A DNA stretch of 64,000 nt from Amoeboaphelidium protococcarum X5 (taxonomy: Eukaryota; Fungi; Aphelidiomycota), in NCBI GenBank assembly GCA_023515725.1, contig JALDTO010000212.1, forward strand, positions 124,001 through 188,000. Direction: 5' to 3'. Both the position numbers and the translations under genes were made by a program. Positions 1 through 10,500 of this stretch are shown here, in pieces; position 1 is the first letter of the stretch, and each line of letters begins with the position of its first letter. Under the pieces are notes generated by a model that saw only the letters and a program-made list of their open reading frames with translations, was not told the origin of the DNA and searched no databases.

Positions 1-732
1 TGGCACCTAGTCTCCTCTCTTCACCACGACAATATCTCCTACTTGGATATCCTATCTTGCAACCTTCTTCGTCTGCAGACCATCTCCATCTGCAGACACA
101 CCAGAGTGGAACACATTCTTCATCAGGATATCGAAATCTTTCTCGACTGCGTCCACGTGTCTCATCAGCTCACTGTACGATGCAATGTCTGGATCAGTCG
201 TAAACTTTGAACGGGCCACCTCAACTTGAGCCTAATTCTCGGCTGAGTCCTGCAGATGCCTCTTGAAGTCATCATACGCCTCCCTCAGCATTGACAACGA
301 GACAAAGAGGATCAGTGGAGCTACGGTAGTGTACTTCCCAGTAGGACTCAAGCCGGGAATCTGTTACAGAATCGAGATGAGCAGAAAATAAATGTTGGCC
401 ACCTTGCTGAACTGATACACCGCCTGCAGAGGAATAAAGTTGTACCATGTATATAGAGCAGAGGTCACACGATTGTCTTTGAACTGCTCATACGCCTGAT
501 ACTTGTACTTGTTACCGCCTCCTCGGTGTTTCAGCTACTGTCTCGACTCGGCAGCCGCACCAATTTTGAAAATCTTCGAAACCAGACGCTCAATCAGAGA
601 AGTTGTGATCTTGGGATCATATGCAAAGGAATAGTATCTATTCAGAGCTCCGGTGAATATCACACGGCCAGCCTAAGCCATGGACAGGTTGGAGTGGGTT
701 GACTTGTTTTCCACAGCTGTCTATGAAGGCAT
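1..732 (-). CDS. P4-type ATPase (phospholipid flippase, DNF3/DRS2 family), 5' part; runs off the window start
   Basis: With TAR=Gln, ATG at 732 opens a frame containing FKDNRVTSALYTWYNFIPLQAVYQFSKVANIYFLLISILQQIPGLSPTGKYTTVAPLILFVSLSMLREAYDDFKRH, the typical P4-ATPase N-terminal/TM1-2 signature. Confidence 0.9.
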
Positions 733-1103
733 TTCGTTTGTAATTTTTACTGATATCTCAGGTGGATCTATAAAAATAAGTTGCAATAACAGGTGGACAC
801 AAAAGGTTGTTGAGATGAGCCTGTTGCTAGACTCGGAAATCGGTGTATAAAAATAGCATTACCACCCGCATGATTATCAATCGCGCGTTCATAATAATGG
901 AGAATAATAAAGAGCACAGGAGCGTTCTTGGTGGAATTTGTTCTTCTTGCTGATATAGTGCGCGTTTTTAGATCTCTTTGGTGACGATTTCTCTTCTCTT
1001 GCCTCTCTCTCATTAGCGCTCTAAATCTCTATTTTGTTCCCTTAGAAAGAAAGGACGGGAGAGAGAGAGAATTTTTCAGTTCTAAATTACCAAAAAAACT
1101 ATC

Positions 1104-2501
1104 ATGATCACCTCATCTTAGAAATATTTAAAGTAAGTTTTTCATTTATTATTCAGCATTTATTGCATGATTTAATTGTGTAGAGTCGCTTCATTGAAGA
1201 GAATTGGAGCGAGCCGTGTGTTGTCCAATCGCTGGTATGCGCACAAGGTCATCAAGGTTCCTTAGATGGCGGACAGTATCACTGAGGGAGAACTGGCTCG
1301 CTGGGAGAAGAAAGTTGGTGAGTACGTAAAGTAGGACGAGTTGATGGCCACTATTGAGACTGACAAGGTGGATGTCTAGTTTAACAGTCCAGAGTCTGGT
1401 GTCGTTGTGGAGCAATTCTTTAAGGAGGGAGATAGTGTGCAAACTGGTCAAGATTTTTACAAGCTTGACTTGGACGGAAAGCCGTCAGAGTCATCTTCAT
1501 CTAGTTAAAGTCAGGATAAGAGCGAGTCGAAGCAGCAGCAGGAATAGGCAGTTTCTTCCACTTCTACTGCATCCACTTAGTCAGAGTAGAAGACTGAGTA
1601 ATCTGAGCCAGTTGCACCCAAGGAGAAGGCATCTTCATCGAGTGGTGAAGAACGCGTTTACTCAAGCAAGGCTTCCACCTCTTAAAGCGCACCTGCTCCA
1701 TCCAAACCTCAGGCTCAAGTAGACGCTTAACCATTGGTATTTAAAGAAGGCTTGGTACCGGGAACTTATCCTCTTCCTGAAGCTTTCAGAGGAGAGAGAC
1801 GCGTGAAGATGAACAGAATGAGACAGCGTATCGCTGAGAGATTGAAGTAGAGTTAGAATACCGCCGCATCTCTGACCACCTTCAATGAGGTTGATATGTC
1901 CAGTTTGATGGAGTTCCGCAGCAAGTACAAGGATGAGGTATTTAAGTAGCACGGCGTTAAGCTAGGATTCATGAGTGCTTTTGTTAAGGCATCTGTGGCT
2001 GCCCTGCAAGCAGTGCCCGCTGTGAATGGAAGTATTGTCTATCCAAGCAATGACAATGAAGATCCGACGATTGTGTATCACGATTTTGTTGACATTAGTG
2101 TCGCTGTAGCCACGCCAAAAGGCCTAGTTACTCCAGTGATTAGAAATTGTGAAAAGCTGTCATTCATTGACGTTGAGAAGGCTATTGCAGAGTTTAGTAA
2201 CAAGGCGCGTGATAACAAGATCTCTATTGAGGACATGGCCGGTGGAACGTTCACTATCTCAAATGGAGGAGTGTTTGGCAGTATGTTTGGTACTCCAATC
2301 ATCAACCTACCGCAGTCTGCCATTCTGGGAATGCACGCCATCAAGGATAGAGCTGTCGTTGTCAATGGCAAGATTGAAGTCCGTCCAATGATGTACCTGG
2401 CGCTGACTTATAACCACTCGCTCATTGACGGAAGGGAGGGCGTGACCTTCCTGAAGACTATCAAGGAGATTATTGAGGATCCGCGAAAGTTGCTTCTATG
2501 A
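1104..2501 (+). CDS. KGD2: Dihydrolipoamide succinyltransferase (2-oxoglutarate dehydrogenase E2)
   Basis: Intron 1133-1183 (GTAAGT...TAG). Lipoyl domain [11 protein letters not shown]...IETDK; catalytic domain [12 protein letters not shown], HxxxDG; ends in TGA. Confidence 0.95.
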
Positions 2502-2680
2502 TCCCTCTCTCACATGATATTGATATAGTATTGACTTTAATCTTGATATACTTATTATTAGCTACGACATTAATTTTATCATTGTCTTACAGCATATTAG
2601 ATTTTTATCACCTCTCTTGTTAATTCTCTTCTTTCGAAACACAAATAACTGTAGGTGATCAACTTAACATCGACAAAGTT

Positions 2681-4103
2681 ATGATTATAGAGATCAATTT
2701 GAGAAGTCTGAGGACAGCTGGATTAATTGCTGTACCATGGCTGATGAAGTATATTCTGCCGCATTCAGTAAAGAAGGCTATGATATCCACATTCGCTGCC
2801 ATCTTTCGTTACTTTCTGATGCATGTCATTGGCAGGCGAATCACTCAACTTCCTCAATGGCTTCGTAACAGAAGAACATTGTCCATATCGACTACACCTA
2901 AACCACCTCGCCTGTCCTTTATTGTTAAGCATGAAATTCTATTATCGCATCAGGCCGATCGCTCCGGTGTTGCTTACGGTAAGTATTCCATAGAGAATCT
3001 CTTATAATTGCCGCGATCCAACAATGAATGATATAACCGCATTGGGTGTATGTAGCTGGAACTATCTTGTCTCATATTGATATCTGTGCTGGTATTGTGG
3101 CTAAATCTCATTCTTAAATTGCGTGTGTCACTGCCAGCCTAGATTCTATTCACTTTGTAAGACCTGTGAATGTGGGAGATATAATGTGTGTCAGCGGTAC
3201 TATAACAAGGGCTTTCAGGAGCAGTATGGAGATTTGCGTTGAGTTGTACAGAGAAGATCATTTGAGTGGAGAGCGTGAGTTTTGCTGCCAAGGTATTATC
3301 ACGAATTAAGAACAATTTTAACATATTGATACAGCATATCTATAAATGTAGCGTACTTGACGTTTGTGGCAATCTAAGACGGTAAAGCAGTGCAAGTGTG
3401 TCCAGTCAGCCCAGAGAGTGAGAAGGAAATTAAAGACTTTGAACTGGCAGAGGTGAGAAAATAGGCGAGATTGGCATTGAAGAAGGCTCAGAGTGAACTG
3501 ATGAAGCCGGCTCAGGTTGAGTTTGTAGACTCTGGTGGTAATGTGGTCCATGTTGAAGGTGAAGGTGTGCGCACTGACTAGATTAATGATCCTCATGCAG
3601 AGTCTGTAAAGATTATAATGCCTCAGCATGCTAATGCTCTTGGTATCACATTTGGCGGTTACATCTTACAGTGTATGGAAGAGTGTGCGATAATGGCTGC
3701 AATGAGACACGCCCACCAGTCCCGAATAGTCGATAAAGACTTGATATTTCATACCGTGTCAATCGACAGTCTCAACTTTCGCAAATCATCTACGGTGGGC
3801 GATTTCGTTCGCATCCAGGCCAAGGTGACGCGTGTGTGGAAAACTAGCCTAGAGATATACGTTACTGTGCACTCAAAATCTCCTACTGATGCATTCAATG
3901 ATGATTTGCAGTTTACTAATGACGGCTACATGACCGTATTGGCCACGGTGAAGGGTGAAAAGTATAAAGAGCATGGCCGCGTGGACATTCCAGATGTTCA
4001 GCCTCGCTCTGATCAAGATCGTCAGAGACACAATGAAGCTGACATTAGACGCTGTAAGCGCTTGGAAGAGAGAACTGCTCTCACAAAAATTTATAAAATT
4101 TGA
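2681..4103 (+). CDS. Double hotdog-fold acyl-CoA thioesterase (ACOT7/11/12-like)
   Basis: Introns 2979-3055 and 3293-3351. Two hotdog repeats: ...AGTILSHIDICAG...VTASLDSIHF and MPQHANALGITFGGYILQCMEECA...TVSIDSLNF. Confidence 0.85.
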
Positions 4104-4172
4104 CTTACAGTATGATTACTGGAAAGAGATATTGTAGAATTTATGAATTCATTCTTATAATTCCCCCTTATT

Positions 4173-4409
4173 TCAAGCCTACTGGGCGCATTTTCGAAAA
4201 TAGATCCGAGCACCACTAACAGCATATGGCTCCTACCCATCCTAAAGGAATTATTACTGGTGTGCTTAATTATATGCATCTTTCACCTACCAGCGAGCAC
4301 ATCCAGAGGCTTCATAGGATTACCCATATGCAGCAGCCTGACCATTCCAATTAGGATACATTGCACTTACGGCGGCCGCAGATAGCAATGACAGCAAAAT
4401 GATACGCAT
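4173..4409 (-). CDS. Small predicted secreted protein (78 aa), unknown family; paralog of 6512-7033
   Basis: With TAR=Gln: MRIILLSLLSAAAVSAMYPNWNGQAAAYGQSYEASGCARWQVKDAYNQAHQQQFLQDGQEPYAVSGARIYFRKCAQQA-TGA. Signal-peptide-like N-terminus; shares C-terminal motifs with the 6512-7033 product. Confidence 0.75.
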
Positions 4410-4816
4410 TATTATCGGGTATTTCTGGTGTTGTCTTTATTTGAAACGGAGGATATCAATTTTTAAAGTAATGATGGCTATGAACAAGAAAATGATAATT
4501 ACAAGACCGGATTTCAACGTTTAACTCCTCGTGTACGTTCTTGCTACGTGCTACATCATCATTGGATCAATTGTTGTGACGTTGAACTATGGGTATATCA
4601 CACTTGGGCCAACTAAACATATCATTCGGATGAATCTGAAGAATATACTGGATATAGTAATTTCATAGATAAAGCAATTGTTAGAGAACATCGGTGGATG
4701 AGCATCTGTCTCTGGAGATATTACGCGTTGACATTTCGCAGCTTTGGACGATGTTTAGTTAGCAGGACGTAGGTTAAAGAGCAATACACAATTCAAATAT
4801 ATTTAATTATGCAAAT

Positions 4817-5992
4817 TCAAGATTCTTCACAATGCAATTTGGCTAAATTCATGATCAGCTCTGTAGATAACGGGAACTGGTGGTTCGGTACTTCTCTGAC
4901 AGATGGAATTCGACCAGATCCGGTCACGCTATAAACTTTGCCTGGAGACTAACAAGCTTTCAACATCTCTTAGACGAATTTCAATCCATTCTTGACGCGA
5001 ACGTCTACATCGTCCGTCATAAAATCATCCGGGCTCTACATAGCAATATTCTTACTAGAGAACGTGACGGGTCCATTATACACTCCACGCTCAGCTGTAA
5101 ACTTTGCAAACATTATCCTCTTGACGTTGGCGATAACAGACTATGCCCAAATATCAAAATTGCGCGATGTATCTCTGACCCAAACAGGCTTAGTTTTCAC
5201 TTCAATGATATTTCCCTTCAGGTCAACACCGTCAACTTCACCGGTAGAGCAAATGTTCAAGTCACCAATTTTCACATTAAATACACCATAGAATCGATGG
5301 TAGTCCAACTTGGACTCCTAGATTACTGCTTTCTCGAATTGCATACCAATAGATCCGGGGTTCGTGGGATAACTATGTTTTCTATCTACAAACACTGGGC
5401 CAACATCTGTGGAACGATACATAACGAAATCCACATCTTCAAACTTATTGGTAATAATTAATTGCAACACTTTCCTGGGCACAATAGCTTCATACTTGTT
5501 TAAAGTGTCACACAAACGTTCCGGTGTAATTGCCTTATTGGCCTTGGCATTTTGATAGAAGATTGTGCTTACAGCTAACAATAAATTCGGTTTAGGTTCC
5601 GGATCGACAACGCTTTTATACGGCGTAATAACATAAGAACTCTTCACCGGGTCTTTCAGCAGCGGCAGATCTTTGACAGCTACATCTACAGCCAGATATT
5701 AGCCCACCATCTATCTCAAATTGTCAATTTTCGACTCTTTCAATGTCATTAGGCCTTCAACCGGTTTGGCCTTCCAGGCAGAGAAAGCCAGGACTTCCGA
5801 AGAAATGGGCGAATTTTTGCTGATACCTAGAGAAGCTACTCCAGATAGAATCGCGTCTATATTTATATCATTTCGATGTTCCTTGCTCATGACTTTCTGC
5901 TTTGGGAATCGACTTTGATTAATCCTTAAGAAAGGAGTTCCGTGTGGCGCAAGTCGTCTGTGAAAAATAAATGTTCTAGTACGCAACGACAT
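4817..5992 (-). CDS. RAI1/DXO/Dom3Z-like PD-(D/E)xK nuclease
   Basis: One open frame when TAR=Gln. Motifs GMQFE, GEVDG, EVKTK and WAQS occur in the RAI1/DXO order. The start could be 5992 or the downstream MSKEH ATG. Confidence 0.75.
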
Positions 5993-6511
5993 GCATTTTA
6001 AAGCCTTGGCGCTAGAGTTCGATAGCTGAACAAAGTAAATCCTTATAAATGCGTCGACTTAAAATTAGCAAAGTCGCGTAAATTATTATCCAAAGTTTAT
6101 TCATGTGCTTTGGCTTCAAAGAGATTATGTTTGATTACAGAAGAAGCAATCGTAAATTTGAGTAATTGCTATATCATTTTCATTGGATATCTCTATGCTT
6201 AAGGATGGATAGAGAGATGGCAGATTCGACTTAAGCCGCGCTTCGAATTGATTTTTTATCACACTACCTACTCGTTAACCAGAATACTTTATAAAATTTT
6301 TGATCGCTTAAGAATGACCTTTCTCAACTTCATTTGCTGAAATGCATTGAAAATGAAAGTTGGAAACGCGCTACTGTCACTACGATGCGATGGGAACCGT
6401 AACTTGGTAGCTCATAAAGACGTTTGATCCAATAGGTGGAAGATATACTGTAATTCAAAATCTGTAATGTTATATTGAACAATTTATTCTGTTTGCTCCG
6501 TCTTCCATACT

Positions 6512-7033
6512 TCAAGCATAAGTAACGCATTTACGATATAAAATATGATTACCATAACGGCCAAAAGCGGCAAATGGTTCGTATCCATCTTCAAGATGTT
6601 TACCGTCATTAAATTCATAGGCTTTGGCCATTATCCAGCGAACACATATCGGAAATCCAGTCGTGGACTTGGCTTTAGCAGACTCGACATCTCTGATTCT
6701 ATCAGCGGAACCCTGTAGCTATTAGATTTCCGATCGCAATTGTAGCACCTATTTAGAAGCTTGAGATATCGTACTGGTAGCCTCAACTCGAGCTTTGCCA
6801 ATTAAATCATCAGCCTGCAATTAAGCATCATGGAGAACAGTTTAAGCCTGCAACTGTGCATCTCTTAACACTTACTTCGCATCATCCAATAGTACTCTAG
6901 TATCAAATCTATTCTTTACACAACCAAATAGACCGCATTTCATACCAGAATTCATAGAACGATCTTCTTCGTCGCCATTGGATTTCATAGCACTGATAAC
7001 AATAGCAAAAGCAAACAGCAGAATAACGCGAAT
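6512..7033 (-). CDS. Predicted secreted coiled-coil protein with a C-terminal domain shared with 4173-4409; start uncertain
   Basis: IRVILLFAFAIVISAMKS...DAQLQAQTVLHDAQLQADDL...CVRWIMAKAYEFNDGKHLEDGYEPFAAFGRYGNHILYRKCVTYA-TGA. No in-frame ATG before the hydrophobic segment; a possible upstream exon lies at 7215-7135. Confidence 0.65.
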
Positions 7034-7506
7034 ATTATAATAACCAAGATCCTAAAATGTATTAAGAATTATTTTTTTCAAAAGAGAGGAAGAGTAATTA
7101 TTCTGTATGCCTTAGAGAATAGGATTTGAAATACGGAAGCTGTTTGGAAATGCCCCTTGATTTAAGGTTCAGTGGCGCAGCTACGGTTTGATCTTGATAA
7201 GATGAACAATGACATTTTCCTACAAAGCTGTTACTCCTGTAGACTAATAAACTTCGCAACGGAAGCACAACACCGGCATATGATGCTATGGCGCAATCTT
7301 AGACTTAAAGGGTTCATCAAAATCAAATAATTTATTTGGCTTAAATGGAGCAATCTTAAAAACAGCTCGTTTGGCCTATTAGTCTGTTGCTCTAAACAGT
7401 CGCGATGCGCGAGATGAGTTAAACCGGGATTTCTTTTCTTTGAAAATTACGCAAAACGATAAAAGATTATAAAATTAAAACAGAGTTATAAAGCCAGCAG
7501 AAGATC

Positions 7507-10500
7507 ATGAATTTCTCTGTGCCTATCAGTACAGAGATTGAGGGCTTATCATTCTCGTTCATTGACTCTAATAATGTGAAAGCATTGTCAGTGAAAAGAA
7601 TCGATAATCCTTTAACTTTTGATCCAACCACTAGGCAGCCTACTGATGGTGGCCTGTACGATCCTCAGCTTGGTCCTACTGATAAACAGCAGCTGTGTTC
7701 CACGTGTAAATTGAATTTTTTTAGCTGTGCTGGTCATTTTGGTCATATCGAGTTGACGGTACCTGCGTATCACCCACTGCTCTTCAAGATGCTGTTCACC
7801 CTGCTAAAGTCTACGTGTCTTTGCTGCCACTCGTTCAAGATGAAAACGGCACGCGTCGCGCGTCATGAAGCCAAACTGCAGCTGCTGCATAACGGTTGTG
7901 TCCTGGAAGCAATGGAGATGGATGGTATGGATTTTAGTCTTAAAACTGACCCTGAGGATCTTACTCCCGTTGATGAAGAGTTTATATGCGCCAATATTCA
8001 AAAGTATGTGAAGAAATCTATCAAGAATCACAAGAATGGCTGTGGGCCATCTAATGTTGGGCAGAAGACAATGTTGGCTAATGATGTTCTCCGGCTGGCT
8101 GTCAAGGAATTTCTGTCGCTTGCCCAAGCAGTGAAGAAGTGTGAGAACTGTGGTGCCAAGAGTCCTACTCTGCGTAAAGAGCAGAACACCAAGATCTTTC
8201 AGTAACCTCTAAGTAAGAAGGATCAGGCAATTAATGCTGCTATAGGTATGAAATCTCGTGTCATTGGCTATGATGCTGATGATGATGACGATCTTGTTGA
8301 GTCGAATAATGATCATCTACTACATGAAGATGAAGATGATAGCCCGAACAAAGTTAAAGGTATTTATTTAACTCCTATGGAAACTAAAGAGCATCTACGT
8401 AGACTATATGAGAAAGAGCAATCTATGCTTAACCTTCTCTTTGGATCTGTTGATAATAGTGAAACTGGTGGACATCGTGTTAGTAGCTTTGAGCACTTTT
8501 TCATGGAAGTTGTCGCTGTGCCTCCTAATAAGTTTCGTCCAATCTCTAAGATGGGAGACAAATAGTTTGATCATGCTCAGAATGGTTACTTGACAGAGAT
8601 CATCAAGCACAATAATAGGATAGTTGAGCTTCGTTAGGAAAGTAAACAGGCAGCCTAGCAGAGCAAGGATGAGTAGCAGCTAGCATCCATGTCTGGCGCT
8701 GATTCGTAATAGAATTCATCTCAAGATCTCAAGGATGCAGATGCAAATCAGCTACGTAACGTTATTAATGCGTGGGTTCTATTGCAAGAAAATTTGAACA
8801 ATCTCATAGATTCTACCAAGAACCCGAAATCCAAGGTGGTTCCTCCAGGTATAAAGTAGATTTTGGAGAAGAAGGAAGGTCTTTTCCGGAAGAATATGAT
8901 GGGCAAGCGTGTCAATTTCGCAGCTAGAAGTGTTATATCTCCAGATCCGATGATTGAGACGTCCGAGATTGGTATTCCGATGGTGTTTGCCAGGAAGCTT
9001 ACGTATCCCGAGCCGGTGACTCCGTTTAACATGCAAGAACTTAGAAAGGCGATTATCAATGGACCTAATACTTATCCTGGTGCAGTATCGATCTAGAATG
9101 AAGATGGCTCTCTGATCATGTTGACATCCTTGTCGAAAGATAAGCGAATCGCTGTGGCGAATAGTCTGCTGACACCATCATCTTCATTTGGTCGTATGCA
9201 GAGTGAAGATTAAGAGTTTGTGAATAAGAAGGTTAATCGCCATCTCAAGAATGGTGATATGCTTCTCCTGAATCGTCAACCCACTTTACACAAGCCGTCA
9301 ATTATGGGTCATATGGCTAGAATTTTGCCTTAGGAGAAGACTATTAGAATGCACTACGCTAATTGTAACACTTATAATGCTGATTTCGATGGCGATGAGA
9401 TGAACATTCACTTTCCGTAGAATCCACTGGCTCAAGCTGAAGCTCGTCTTATTATGAACACTAATAATCAGTATCTAGTGCCAACTGATGGTTCGCCTCT
9501 CCGCGGTCTGATCCAGGATCATATCGTCATTGGTGTGCTAATGACTAGTAAGAATACTCTGTTGCCTAAAGATAAGTACGTTCAGCTGATTTATGCATGT
9601 CTGCCGGATAATGGGAAACGTCTGAAGCTTCTTCCTCCAGCAATTGTAAAGCCAAAGTAGCTTTGGACTGGTAAGCAGGTGATTTCTACAGTCTTGGCCA
9701 ATCTCACTTTGAGCAAGGAGCCTCTGAATATGGAATCCAAGTCTCAGGTACCTGGTAAGTCTTGGAGTGTTGAACAGGTTGTGGACACTGAAGAGGGCGC
9801 CGTTATTGTTAGAGATGGAGAGTTGCTTACGGGTATTCTAGATAAGAAGTAGTTTGGTGCCAAGCCTAATGGTCTTGTGCATGCCTGCTTTGAAGTGTAC
9901 GGTCCGGACACGGCAGGTCTACTCTTGACCACTCTGGGTCGACTGTTCACCATGTACTCTCAGATGACTGGATTCACATGTAGAGTGGATGATTTGATCG
10001 TTAAGGTAAGAGTTGAATTATTGTGTCGGCGGTGAGAATAAGGAATCCGAAGCGGTAGCAGGGCTATTATGAATTAGGATCTTATGATGACGCATTGTGA
10101 ATCGTCTGTCGATCAATTTCACACGAGAGCCAAACTTAAAAACTTTGGGGAACCCACTCGTGTAGTTGGTCTGTAATGACAGAGTTTGTTATCACAACGG
10201 CTGAAGATTCTTGATTCTTACTTACATCACTTTAGACGTGTTCCTATTCGCCCGCCTGACATTTACAGACGAGTTAAAATGTTATTATTATCAAAAATTT
10301 ATCTATGTAGTCTAAGCATGAGGAGCTTCGTCGACAAAAGATCAAGACTGCTCTCGAGTAAGGTTAAGATATTTTGAAAGAGTTTGCATTTGGAGACGAT
10401 TGGAGGCAGAAGGATATTGCAGATACTCCGTTGGAGAAGCGACTGATGAAGATTGCGGCTGATAAGAATGTGTCTTCAGAGGCTCGTATAAAGGCCTAGA

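Noticed and set aside
4880-5461. 193-aa plus-strand ORF
   Set aside because: Antisense to the motif-bearing RAI1-like gene.
10040-10066. AAGGAATCCGAAGCGGTAGCAG resembling SRP RNA helix 8
   Set aside because: Too short, and I could not build the rest of an SRP fold by eye; an Infernal search would be needed.
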